Shown: piece after piece, positions 1 to 9,315 of the stretch
Layout: each line of letters begins with the position of its first letter
Numbering within the stretch: the stretch's first letter is position 1
Position numbers and translations under genes: made by a program
NCBI GenBank assembly: GCA_028276785.1
Contig: JAPYVP010000002.1
Span: 1-32,000, forward strand
Origin: Candidatus Nanopusillus sp.
GTDB lineage: Archaea; Nanobdellota; Nanobdellia; Nanobdellales; Nanobdellaceae
Direction: 5' to 3'
DNA length: 32,000 bases
The notes under the pieces: generated by a model
What the model was told of the DNA's origin: nothing
The model's input: only the letters and a program-made list of their open reading frames with translations
Databases searched by the model: none

Positions 1-244
1 AATTACTTGCTATATAATAATAATTTTGGCTTTTTGATAATTGTATATTTTGAAAAACATATTGATTACTCATATTTACATTCGAAGAATTTGAAGGAAA
101 ATATAATGTTATATTAGTTCCATTAATCAATTGCTGTATTAGATATTGCTTATATTGATATGGAAGAATTATCCAATATACAAAAATTATTATACCCAAT
201 AATATAAAGAAAATACCCAAACCCACCGTCTGTAATTTTTTCAT
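1..244 (-). CDS. Partial CDS (N-terminal 81 codons; continues beyond window start): N-terminally membrane-anchored, probably extracellular protein
   Basis: My own translation of the minus strand from the ATG at 244-242 gives MKKLQTVGLGIFFILLGIIIFVYWIILPYQYKQYLIQQLINGTNITLYFPSNSSNV... It is open to position 1. It has one N-terminal hydrophobic helix followed by N-x-S/T sequons. It is absent from the ORF track because it is truncated. Confidence 0.35.
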   Translation of the reverse strand, partial: MKKLQTVGLGIFFILLGIIIFVYWIILPYQYKQYLIQQLINGTNITLYFPSNSSNVNMSNQYVFQNIQLSKSQNYYYIASN

Positions 245-269
245 ATTTAAATAAAGTATTCCTTAATAT

Positions 270-1286
270 TTATATTTTATACCTTAATTTCCCAACAATA
301 CAAAATCTATCAATTAATTCAAAATTGTTAACATTATTACTTACAAAATATATTTCTGCATCTACTTTATCAAGAATATTAAATAAATTTATAATTTTAT
401 CAATATTGTTTTCTTCTTTCATTTTTTTAAAACATTCTTCAGAAATTAAAACATATTCTATATTATTGTACATTGCATTATTATATACTTCATCATATCC
501 AAATGCTACCATGTTTTTTTGCATTAAATATAATATTTCTTCAATTAATTTATTTATTTCTAAAATTTCTAAACTTTTTAATGTTTCATAATATTCTGCT
601 CTTCTAACAAATTCATATATACCATTTATACCTCCGTTAGACACTTTATATACTTTTATATTTTTTATATTTAATTTATCCTTTATATAATCATAAAATT
701 CTTCAGGATAAAATAATGGACCAACTATGCATAGAAATTTAATATTATAATCTCTTAATGCATTTAAAAATTCTGAAAATATTTTATATAATTTTGATTT
801 TTCTTCTGGATCTCCCTTATTTATCTTATAATATTCTTCCTTTATAATTTTTATTCCATTATTTATTATACCCAAAGCTATTTCATTACTATCTATAGAT
901 ATTACAAAAATATCTTCCTTTTTTCTAGAAGATTTTTCCAATATCTTTTCTTCATATTTCTTTATTTCTTCCTTTTTATATAATGTAAATTCTGTAGATA
1001 TTCTTATATCAAATGTATGATAATGGCCAATAGAATCTTTATCATTTGAATCAATTATTTTTCCAGAAATTCTTAGTGAATCTTTATATTCAGAAAATTT
1101 AATATTTTCAACTTCTATTTTTATCTTTATTTTTTTCTTTTCTTTCTCATTCTCAAATTTTAATGTTCTATAATCATATCCTTCTATTATATCTCCAACA
1201 TTAACTATTTTATACAAATATAATAAATCTACTTCATCTTCTACCCTAATTTTTATTGTTTTCCTATCTATTATTTCATATTTCAT
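270..1286 (-). CDS. pelA: Pelota (Dom34 homologue), mRNA surveillance / ribosome rescue factor
   Basis: The protein is 338 aa. Its N-terminus MKYEIIDRKTIKIRVEDEVDLLYLYKIVNVGDII matches the Pelota N-domain pattern (..DDLWhLyNli..GD). It has eRF1-like length and layout but no GGQ motif, so it is not aRF1. Confidence 0.85.
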   Translation of the reverse strand: MKYEIIDRKTIKIRVEDEVDLLYLYKIVNVGDIIEGYDYRTLKFENEKEKKKIKIKIEVENIKFSEYKDSLRISGKIIDSNDKDSIGHYHTFDIRISTEFTLYKKEEIKKYEEKILEKSSRKKEDIFVISIDSNEIALGIINNGIKIIKEEYYKINKGDPEEKSKLYKIFSEFLNALRDYNIKFLCIVGPLFYPEEFYDYIKDKLNIKNIKVYKVSNGGINGIYEFVRRAEYYETLKSLEILEINKLIEEILYLMQKNMVAFGYDEVYNNAMYNNIEYVLISEECFKKMKEENNIDKIINLFNILDKVDAEIYFVSNNVNNFELIDRFCIVGKLRYKI

Positions 1287-2266
1287 ATTAGTAATAATAT
1301 TAAAGAGAGAAATATTGGGGGAATAAATGGTGCCCCTTCCTTTACTTTTACTTTTATATCATTATATTCTCCCAATTTTTTTAATATATTTATTTCTTCT
1401 TTTGAAAGACCGAATCTTCCAATAAACAATTTATTCTGAAATATATGATAAAATATTATAATAAATGGCATAGAATAATAAAAGAAAATTTCATTTAAAA
1501 AATAAAATATTAATGGTAGAATTACAATAAATAAGATAATAATAGAATTTATTAATTTATTATTGCTCTTAAATTTCAATATATACTTATTTTCATTTTC
1601 ATAAATATCAAAATATTTTATTAATATTTCTTTATCTTCTTCTTTTATATTATTAACTTCTATTCCATCTTCTATCCAATCTCCCTCAACCAACTCATTT
1701 ACACTTCTCATAAATGTTAATTTTTCTTCCAGATCTTTTGATATATATCTAAATAGAAAATATGGTATATATACAAAAATTAGAGAAATTAATAGATAAT
1801 AAATATTAAAATATAAAAAGAAAAGGTTGATAAAATATATAGAGATCGATATTAAGATAATATTAAGGATAGAAATGTAATATTTTTTTCTATTTTCTTT
1901 ATATATTTTGATAGCTTCTATATTGTGAAATATAAATCCAAACAATACTAGGTAAAATAAAAATAATAACATCTTATATGGAGAAAAGAATGATAATAGA
2001 AAGAATATTGAAAAGAAAATAAACAAATCTCCAATAGCTAATAATCTGAATAAATATAGTAATGCAAAAAACAAAAGAATAAGATATGAAAATATAAGGT
2101 TCTCTGGATAAATATTTTGAATAATTAAGTATAAAAAATAGAATACATTAAATATTAATAAAATATATATTATTATATCATCTACAGATTTATATTTTAT
2201 ATCCTGATATGAAGAATATAATAATATTATTATGTCAAATATCAATAAAGGGAGCATTTCATTCAT
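1283..2266 (-). CDS. Archaeal prepilin/preflagellin peptidase (A24 family, PibD/FlaK-like) with extended C-terminal half
   Basis: The protein is polytopic and has the two catalytic-Asp contexts of A24 peptidases. These are Asp22 in 'SYQDIKYKSVDD' and Asp80 in 'LAIGDLFIF' (GxGD-type motif). The spacing is like PibD. It overlaps pelota by 4 nt. Confidence 0.7.
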   Translation of the reverse strand: MNEMLPLLIFDIIILLYSSYQDIKYKSVDDIIIYILLIFNVFYFLYLIIQNIYPENLIFSYLILLFFALLYLFRLLAIGDLFIFFSIFFLLSFFSPYKMLLFLFYLVLFGFIFHNIEAIKIYKENRKKYYISILNIILISISIYFINLFFLYFNIYYLLISLIFVYIPYFLFRYISKDLEEKLTFMRSVNELVEGDWIEDGIEVNNIKEEDKEILIKYFDIYENENKYILKFKSNNKLINSIIILFIVILPLIFYFLNEIFFYYSMPFIIIFYHIFQNKLFIGRFGLSKEEINILKKLGEYNDIKVKVKEGAPFIPPIFLSLILLLI

Positions 2267-2304
2267 ATAAAAAATAAAAAATACAATTCTTATAAATAAT
2301 TATT

Positions 2305-2354
2305 ATGATGATGTGGACACAATCTGAATTAATGATGAAAGGAGTAGCTACTGA
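2305..2354 (+). ncRNA. Candidate C/D-box sRNA (2'-O-methylation guide)
   Basis: It lies in the intergenic gap 2267-2384. The layout is C box ATGATGA (2305-2311), a 12-nt guide tgtggacacaat, D' CTGA (2324-2327), atta, C' ATGATGA (2332-2338), a 12-nt guide aaggagtagcta and D CTGA (2351-2354). A T5 run follows. Confidence 0.7.
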
Positions 2355-2384
2355 TTTTTAAATTTCTATATATTAATATTTATT

Positions 2385-2741
2385 ATGCCATTAATAATAC
2401 CATCTCCAGAATATGCTAAGAGAAGAAAAATATTACAGATTGATAATAAAATTAAAAAATTGGAAAAAGAGAGAGCTGGAAAAATAACTTTAGTATTAAA
2501 AAAGGAAATAGATCTAAATAATCTTAATGAATCATTAAAATTTATATCAATGTTAAAAGAATTAGAGGGAAAAAATTTCTTTGATGAATTATATATTGTT
2601 AAATCTGATAAAGTATTTGATTATTTAGATATAGAAAAAGGATTAGACCAGAAAAATATAGAAAAAGAAAAATTAATAAAATTATATGATATAATAAGTA
2701 GGCTTGCAAATATAATAGATAAAATTAAAAAAATCTATTAG
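2385..2741 (+). CDS. Hypothetical protein (118 aa, Lys/Glu-rich)
   Basis: The ORF fills the gap between the sRNA candidate and the convergent coiled-coil gene. I recognise no family motif. Confidence 0.5.
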   Translation: MPLIIPSPEYAKRRKILQIDNKIKKLEKERAGKITLVLKKEIDLNNLNESLKFISMLKELEGKNFFDELYIVKSDKVFDYLDIEKGLDQKNIEKEKLIKLYDIISRLANIIDKIKKIY

Positions 2742-3901
2742 TATTTATATTCCTCTTCTGCTTTTATATTTTTAGATAATAATAATCTCTTTATATTCTC
2801 TATATCATTCTCTATTATTTTTATTTTTTCTATTTCATTTATTATATATTCAAAATTGGCTATATCAATAAAATTCTCTATTTTCTTTATTTTATTCATT
2901 AAATTTTCATAATCTGATAATACAGATTCCAATATATCTTTAGAATCATATAATTCTGCTTTTATCTTTCTCATTTCTTCTTTAATATTATTTAGACCTT
3001 CCTCCAATTTATTATATTTTTCATTAATCTCTTCAATTTTATCTATTTCATTTACTTTTGATCTTAAATCTACAACTAAATTATTTAATTCTTCAAATAA
3101 TGCATATATACTATTTAGTCTATTTTCGAAGTTTATATATTTATTGTATAATTCTTCATAAGCTTTAAATTGTTTTATATTTTTAATATCATCATTTGTT
3201 AATTGTAATAAGTAGTTCATATTACTTATTTTATTATTAATTTCAGAATATTTTTCTTCATATTTCTTTTCTATCTCTTCCAATTTACTATTAACATTAT
3301 ATAGATCTTTTTCCTTTATCTCGCTTATCATTTCAGATATTTTATTATACTGTAATAGATCTTTAGATAAATTATCTATTGTTTTAGATAATAAATTTGT
3401 TAAGTTATCTACTTTTGCTTTTAGATCATTAAAAATATTAATATTTGTATATGAATCTTCTATTTTATTTAACCTATCGGTTAAATCTTCTACTTTATTT
3501 CTTAATTCCTTTATACTATTTATAACATCTTCATATTTTGTTATTTTATTACTTAAAGAATTGATATCAAGTTCTAATTTATTTATTTTTGATTTTATAT
3601 TTACTATAGCAGAATAATCAACAAAGTTTTTTTGATTATTTTCTAATACATCTACTTTTATTTTTAAATCATTTAGATACCTCACTTTATCTAATAAATC
3701 TTCATTTAATATTTCTTTATAATTATTTAATATTTTTTCTACATTTTCTAATTCTTCTCTCAAAGCTTTTAATTGATTATAAAATTCTTCTTTATTTACA
3801 AAATTATTTAAGCTTCTTTTTATTTCCGATATCTTATTATTAAAATTTTTTACATATGTAAAAAATTCATCAATTATATCCACATTTTTATTTAAATCCA
3901 T
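2738..3901 (-). CDS. Long coiled-coil protein (387 aa), function unknown
   Basis: The sequence has continuous heptad-like N/K/E/I/L-rich stretches (…LKALREELENVEKILNNYKEILNEDLLDKV…). It has no TM segment and no catalytic motif. It is the last gene of the minus-strand rtcB-polB string. Confidence 0.6.
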   Translation of the reverse strand: MDLNKNVDIIDEFFTYVKNFNNKISEIKRSLNNFVNKEEFYNQLKALREELENVEKILNNYKEILNEDLLDKVRYLNDLKIKVDVLENNQKNFVDYSAIVNIKSKINKLELDINSLSNKITKYEDVINSIKELRNKVEDLTDRLNKIEDSYTNINIFNDLKAKVDNLTNLLSKTIDNLSKDLLQYNKISEMISEIKEKDLYNVNSKLEEIEKKYEEKYSEINNKISNMNYLLQLTNDDIKNIKQFKAYEELYNKYINFENRLNSIYALFEELNNLVVDLRSKVNEIDKIEEINEKYNKLEEGLNNIKEEMRKIKAELYDSKDILESVLSDYENLMNKIKKIENFIDIANFEYIINEIEKIKIIENDIENIKRLLLSKNIKAEEEYKY

Positions 3902-3935
3902 AAACTAATTATTTACAGTAAATTTTATAGACTTA

Positions 3936-4253
3936 TCATATATTCCTTAATAATTCTTTTCTTACGTCATCAATTTCCTTTTTTATCATATCATATTTTA
4001 ATTCTAAATTATATAATCTTTTCTTGATATCGTCTATATCTTTAAATTTTAAGTTTATTTCCAATAAAATTATCTTTAATTCTTCCAATAATTTATTATA
4101 TTCATTATTTTTATCTAATATGTTCTTTAATTTCATATATTTATCATAAATTTCATCTTTTAATTTTTTATTTTTCTCCAATTCTTCTTTTAAATCTCTA
4201 ATCTTATTTTCTAATTCTTCTATCGTTTTTTCATATTCATTTATTTCATCCAT
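3936..4253 (-). CDS. Small coiled-coil protein (105 aa), function unknown
   Basis: The sequence MDEINEYEKTIEELENKIRDLKEELEKNKKLKDEIYDKY… is entirely helical/heptad-like. Its start overlaps the polB stop by 8 nt, which suggests translational coupling. Confidence 0.6.
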   Translation of the reverse strand: MDEINEYEKTIEELENKIRDLKEELEKNKKLKDEIYDKYMKLKNILDKNNEYNKLLEELKIILLEINLKFKDIDDIKKRLYNLELKYDMIKKEIDDVRKELLRNI

Positions 4254-6666
4254 TTTTAAAAAATGATAATATATCTTTTTGAGCTTTTCCTATATTTTCT
4301 ATGGATATATTCAATGCCTTTAATATCGGTTCTATAGCTGGTAAAACCTGTTTATATATATAATATTCTGGATCGTATTCATTATCTCTAACTTCATCCA
4401 ATATTCTAACTTTATCAGAAATTTTTTCACCACCTTTTACTATGATATATTCAACTATGAACCCTTTTCTAACATCATAACCCCTTTCCTTATATTTCTT
4501 TGCTGCTATGATGTGTGGAGCTGTAACTTCATATTCTGATAAATCTTTTCTCAATTGCTCCCTTAATATAAATTTTTCTTTAGGATAAATATGATTTCTT
4601 ATATTTTTAATAACTTCAGATAAATAATTATTTATTTCTTTTATTTTTCCTTCTAATGCTAATCTAATTACCTTTTCCTGAACTTCTCCAGCAATTTCTG
4701 ACCAATCCCTTCTAACAACTTCAAAACCTCTTAATTTAATATTTTTATTTTCAGATAATAATGCATATCTTTTTCTAGCACCACCTTCTCCAGATCTCTT
4801 TTCTACAAATATTCCAGATATATAATAATCTTCAAACTCCATTTCCAATGGTTTCGGTAAAATATTGTTTATCTTATTTAATAAATTTATCGCATTTTCT
4901 TTACTATCCACAATAATAAATATAGAATCGGTATCACCGTATAATATTTTATAACCACTTTTTTCAATAAAATCTTTTACTTCTAATATATGCTTTCTAC
5001 CTAGAGCTGTTACTGAAGCTGCGCATTCTAAACAATACCATCTAGAATTTGGAAAACCCAAATACCCGTATGTAGAATTTATTATATATTTTAATGCTGT
5101 CTGTTTACCATCAATTATTTTATATTCTTCAGAATTTTTATCTAAGCCTTTTAAAATTTTCTTTAAATTTGTTCTTTCTTCAAATATTTTTTCTAATATT
5201 GTAGATATAAATCCTTTTTTCTTTTTACAGAACCATACTTCATACTTTCCCAAACTAGTTTCGATAATTATTTTATCCTTCATACATTCTTCATGTTCAC
5301 ATTTTAATGTATCAGGAGAAATATTATATCTAATTATTATTGATGGATATAGAGATCTAAAATCAAAAACCACAATATTTTTGTATAAACCTGCTTTTGG
5401 TTCTAATACAATAGCACCAGTATATGTTATCCTTTTTCTTTTATCTACTTCATTAGGATCTGGTCTATTTGGTATTATTTCGTTAAATTCTTTTGCCCTT
5501 TTTATTAGATAATTCTCTACAAGAATTCCATATGTACTTCCCGATAATTCATATAAAGTAATTCCAACCAATCTTGCTAACTCTAATAAAATCCCTTCAA
5601 AATGTTTATATAATTTATAAGTTAGTTCTGCATCTTTTCTATTATATTTTATTAGGTAACTAAAATCTTTTTTGTTATAAATTATATCTGACATCTTATT
5701 TAAGTCCATATCTAATTTTCCCTCTCCCAATATTTCCATAGCAACTTCATCTAAAGAATATGTTTCAGAATTTAATTGAGGTGCAAATATTGTTGTAACA
5801 ATATCATATAAATCAACATGTTGTATTCCAACTATCCTATATTTTCTATCTTCTTCCCTTTTTTTAGTATATATTATTCCTTTTCCATCCCATCCAAAAT
5901 CAAATTTAAATCCTAATTTTTTTGCTTTTTCATATAAGAAATATAAATCAAAATTATTTGAGTTGTATCCAACAATTATATCCGGATCCAAACTTTTAAC
6001 TATTTCATCAAATTTTTTTAATAACTCCAATTCGCTATTTACTTTTATTCCTTCATTTGATTCTCCTCCCCAATATATTGAATAATGTTTTTCCCCATCA
6101 TATATTGAAATAATATAAATATATGCCTTTTCTGGTGATATTATAGATCTATTGGAAGCTGTTTCTATATCAAATGATATAACCTTTAATTTATACTTAT
6201 CTTCAACAACTCCGTTATTTTTCTTTAATTTATAATAATCAATATTATCTCCTTTTTTTATTAATTCTAATTCCAAATCATATGTATATAATGGATATAT
6301 ATCATTATCTATCTGAAACTTTTTTATTATACCAATATCCCCCTCTTTTTTTCCAATTATTTTTCCTTCTTCCTTCAATTTATCGGCAAAATCTTTTATT
6401 TTATCATAATCATCTTGATTCAAATAAACTTTTATTACATCATATTCTTTTCCTATAAAATTTTTCTTTAGAATTTCAAAATTTTTTACATATTTTTCAT
6501 CTTTTAATCTATTTTTTATTTCTTCTAAATATTTCTTATCCTTTAATATTAAATATACATAGAATGGTTGATCATATTCTATTCTTACTTTTTTTCCATT
6601 TTCATCCCTCCCATAAATATAAATTTTTTCTTTATCATGATCAAAATCTAATATAAATATTTTCAT
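4246..6666 (-). CDS. polB: Family B DNA polymerase
   Basis: Motifs found: Exo I 'ISFDIET', Exo II 'YNSNNFDLYFL', Pol A 'DFRSLYPSIII', Pol B 'KYIINSTYGYLG' and Pol C 'YGDTDS'. The C-terminus carries a PIP box, 'QKDILSFF'. The gene is contiguous at 806 aa, with no intein and no split. Confidence 0.95.
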   Translation of the reverse strand: MKIFILDFDHDKEKIYIYGRDENGKKVRIEYDQPFYVYLILKDKKYLEEIKNRLKDEKYVKNFEILKKNFIGKEYDVIKVYLNQDDYDKIKDFADKLKEEGKIIGKKEGDIGIIKKFQIDNDIYPLYTYDLELELIKKGDNIDYYKLKKNNGVVEDKYKLKVISFDIETASNRSIISPEKAYIYIISIYDGEKHYSIYWGGESNEGIKVNSELELLKKFDEIVKSLDPDIIVGYNSNNFDLYFLYEKAKKLGFKFDFGWDGKGIIYTKKREEDRKYRIVGIQHVDLYDIVTTIFAPQLNSETYSLDEVAMEILGEGKLDMDLNKMSDIIYNKKDFSYLIKYNRKDAELTYKLYKHFEGILLELARLVGITLYELSGSTYGILVENYLIKRAKEFNEIIPNRPDPNEVDKRKRITYTGAIVLEPKAGLYKNIVVFDFRSLYPSIIIRYNISPDTLKCEHEECMKDKIIIETSLGKYEVWFCKKKKGFISTILEKIFEERTNLKKILKGLDKNSEEYKIIDGKQTALKYIINSTYGYLGFPNSRWYCLECAASVTALGRKHILEVKDFIEKSGYKILYGDTDSIFIIVDSKENAINLLNKINNILPKPLEMEFEDYYISGIFVEKRSGEGGARKRYALLSENKNIKLRGFEVVRRDWSEIAGEVQEKVIRLALEGKIKEINNYLSEVIKNIRNHIYPKEKFILREQLRKDLSEYEVTAPHIIAAKKYKERGYDVRKGFIVEYIIVKGGEKISDKVRILDEVRDNEYDPEYYIYKQVLPAIEPILKALNISIENIGKAQKDILSFFKNG

Positions 6667-6696
6667 AAAAAATTATTGTAAAATATTAATTAAAGT

Positions 6697-8139
6697 TTAA
6701 CCTTTTATAACTGCTATTGGTCTTAATCTTACAACAATTTTAGATATACCAAGTTCATCAGTTACTTTTACAACTTCATCAACATTTTTATAAGCCTCGG
6801 GTACTTCCTCAACTACACCTTCTCTTGTTGTAGATTTTACATATATTCCTCTTTCTTCCAAATTTCTAATTACCTCATTATAATTAAATGACCTTCTCGC
6901 AGCAGCCCTAGACATATTTCTTCCAGCACCATGTGCAGATGATCCAAAAGATAATTCCATAGATCTTTCAGATCCTATTAATACATATGATGCAGTCCCC
7001 ATTGAACCTGGAATTAATACTGGTTGTCCGATTTTTCTATAATCTTCTACCAATTCTTCTGAACCTGGCGGAAATGCTCTAGTTGCACCTTTTCTATGAA
7101 CAATTAACTTTTTCTTTTTACCATCAATTTTATGTTCTTCAATTTTTGCAATGTTGTGGGCAACATCATATACAACATTTAATCCAATATCTTCTGCTGG
7201 ATGATTATACACTTTTTGGAATGATTTTCTGATAAAATACGTTATTATTTGCCTATTATTCCACGCAAAATTTGCTGCAGCACTCATTGACTTCCAATAA
7301 TTGGTCCCTTCCTCAGATTGAAATGGTAAATATACCAATTCTTTATCTGGTAACTTACTTATTTCTTCTCTATATTTTTTCAATCCCAAATCTATATAGT
7401 CTGATGCGATTTGATGTCCAAATCCCCTAGAACCTGTATGAATTAATATTGTTACCTGTCCTTCTTCATATATTCCTAATTTGCTTGCTATATCTTTATC
7501 AAATATTTTATCAACTACTTGTATCTCGATAAAATGATTTCCAGATCCTATAGTTCCCAATTGATCTATTCCCCTTCTAATTGCTAAATCTGATATATGT
7601 TCTATTGAAGCATCTTTTAATCTACCATAAGATTCTACATGTTCCAAATCTTCTTTCCATGCATAACCTTCTCTATAACTCCATTCCAAACCCTCTTCTA
7701 CAGCATCCTTAAATTGTCCTGGAGATAAAACAATCTTTCCAGTTTCACCAACTCCAGCAGGCACATTTCTAAATATTTCATTTACAATTTCTTTTAATTT
7801 TGGTTTTATTTCTTCATACTTTAAATTTGTTCTTAATAATCTCACCCCACAATTTATATCATATCCTATTCCACCTGGAGAAATTATTCCTTCATTTATA
7901 TCAAATGCTGCAACTCCCCCAACCGGAAATCCATAACCTTCATGCCCGTCTGGCATTACAATAGAATATTTTTGTATTCCAGGCAAACTAGCAACGTTTT
8001 TTCCTTGTATTAATGTTTTATCTTCTTTCATCTTTTCTATTAATTTGTCATTTGCATATACCCTAACCGGAACATTCATTCCTTTTTCCTGAGGTATTTC
8101 ATATATGTTTTCAGATACTTTTCTTAACTTTACATCCAT
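6697..8139 (-). CDS. rtcB: RNA-splicing ligase RtcB (3'-phosphate/5'-OH RNA ligase)
   Basis: The protein is 480 aa. It carries RtcB hallmarks 'PDGHEGYGFPVGGV', 'DINCGVRL', 'GSGNHFIE', 'HTGSRGFGHQ' and 'SSAHGAGR'. Confidence 0.95.
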   Translation of the reverse strand: MDVKLRKVSENIYEIPQEKGMNVPVRVYANDKLIEKMKEDKTLIQGKNVASLPGIQKYSIVMPDGHEGYGFPVGGVAAFDINEGIISPGGIGYDINCGVRLLRTNLKYEEIKPKLKEIVNEIFRNVPAGVGETGKIVLSPGQFKDAVEEGLEWSYREGYAWKEDLEHVESYGRLKDASIEHISDLAIRRGIDQLGTIGSGNHFIEIQVVDKIFDKDIASKLGIYEEGQVTILIHTGSRGFGHQIASDYIDLGLKKYREEISKLPDKELVYLPFQSEEGTNYWKSMSAAANFAWNNRQIITYFIRKSFQKVYNHPAEDIGLNVVYDVAHNIAKIEEHKIDGKKKKLIVHRKGATRAFPPGSEELVEDYRKIGQPVLIPGSMGTASYVLIGSERSMELSFGSSAHGAGRNMSRAAARRSFNYNEVIRNLEERGIYVKSTTREGVVEEVPEAYKNVDEVVKVTDELGISKIVVRLRPIAVIKG

Positions 8140-8145
8140 AAAATA

Positions 8146-9315
8146 TTATTGATTATAATTCTTTAAAACATGATTTAAGAAAAAGAAAGAAATTCCCAAA
8201 ATAATAAATGCTAAAAATAAACCATATTGAACCGAAATGGTATAGAGTAATAAAGCCCCTATTGCACCACCAATATTTCTGAATAAATAAATATTTCCAA
8301 ATTTTTGTGGATAATTTAATATTATATAATTATCAAAGAAAAATTGGAACATTGTCCATGAAAATGCAGCCAGTATAAATAATACTAATAGTATCATAGC
8401 ATTATATATTTCTGACAAAGATAATACTAAAGATAATAATATTATAACACCCATTAAAAATCTGGCGAGTATTCCAATCCTTATGTTTCTAAAATTAATT
8501 TCCCTTTTATATATCTTATATAATATTGAAGTATATAATCCATTTATAAATAATAAAAATGGAAAAATCATAGATAAAGAAAATATATTTACAGAATAAA
8601 CTAGAGATGCCCAAACTAATGAAAATCCAACCAAAACAAACAGACTATACAATTCTAAATACCCTATCCTTAACTTCTTTATATTTAGTGGATATACCAG
8701 ACCTTCAAATATAGGATATATAACTCCAAATTTATCTACATTTTTTTCTGCGACTGAAAACATTTTATCAATTCTCTCTAATAAATCTAATTCGTGTGTT
8801 GACGAAAATAAGAAGAGGTATAATTTTCTATGTAAGATAACTATCGTTGATATTATCAATAAAATAGTAACTATATATACGTTATAGATTATAGAAATAA
8901 AAATAAGAAGGATTTGTGGTATTACTTGTCCAAATGTCCAATAAATATTAAAGTAAAAATTTAAGCTTACATCCTTATAATGTAACAAAAATGAAAAATA
9001 TGTGGACGGATACGTAATAGTAAACAACAAAAATGCTAACATTAGTAAATAGATGTTTGGATAAATTAATAGCATAGAAGATAAAAGGGGTCCTATTATT
9101 CCAATCATTGCAATGTTGGTATAATTTTTTTCATTTATTTTAATATTTCCAAATATTGCCGAACTTATCATTGATCCTATATAAGATATAGAAACTAAAA
9201 AATAATATACATTAGATGGAAAATTAAAATAATATGGATAAACAAAGAACAGGCTATTTAACATTCCACCAAGTAAGCTATTACTTAGTATAATAATCTT
9301 TTCTTTACTGTTCAT
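8146..9315 (-). CDS. Polytopic membrane protein, possibly MFS-like transporter
   Basis: The protein is 389 aa with roughly 10-12 hydrophobic segments. I recognise no diagnostic motif, so the transporter assignment rests on topology only. Confidence 0.4.
   Translation of the reverse strand: MNSKEKIIILSNSLLGGMLNSLFFVYPYYFNFPSNVYYFLVSISYIGSMISSAIFGNIKINEKNYTNIAMIGIIGPLLSSMLLIYPNIYLLMLAFLLFTITYPSTYFSFLLHYKDVSLNFYFNIYWTFGQVIPQILLIFISIIYNVYIVTILLIISTIVILHRKLYLFLFSSTHELDLLERIDKMFSVAEKNVDKFGVIYPIFEGLVYPLNIKKLRIGYLELYSLFVLVGFSLVWASLVYSVNIFSLSMIFPFLLFINGLYTSILYKIYKREINFRNIRIGILARFLMGVIILLSLVLSLSEIYNAMILLVLFILAAFSWTMFQFFFDNYIILNYPQKFGNIYLFRNIGGAIGALLLYTISVQYGLFLAFIILGISFFFLNHVLKNYNQ

Noticed and set aside
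1-244. The N-terminus MKKLQTVG|LGIFFILLG of the partial ORF as a class III (type IV pilin) signal peptide, given the nearby prepilin peptidase.
   Set aside because: There is no basic residue at -2 relative to the Gly. The hydrophobic stretch continues normally as a TM anchor, and the ORF is truncated by the window edge. The evidence is insufficient to call it a pilin.
325-591. Many ORF-track entries lie antisense to or inside stronger genes. They are 325-591, 10660-10950, 11324-11554, 14246-14443, 14960-15160, 15567-15911, 16871-17107, 17022-17444, 17237-17476, 18794-19099, 20397-20591, 25344-25550, 26384-26572, 29661-29852, 30146-30337 and 30629-30844.
   Set aside because: Each is fully embedded in a longer ORF on the opposite strand or in another frame, and that longer ORF has clear family motifs. 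Their translations are low-complexity (F/L/I/Y/N-rich) with no motifs. Long spurious antisense ORFs are expected in very AT-rich DNA.
6741-6775. A CTGATGA / TTGATGA pair on the minus strand that looks like C/D-box elements.
   Set aside because: It lies inside the conserved C-terminal coding region of rtcB. The spacer is 14 nt rather than 12, and no terminal D box (CTGA) follows at the expected distance. Other isolated TGATGA or CTGA occurrences inside genes also lacked the full C-N12-D'-C'-N12-D arrangement.
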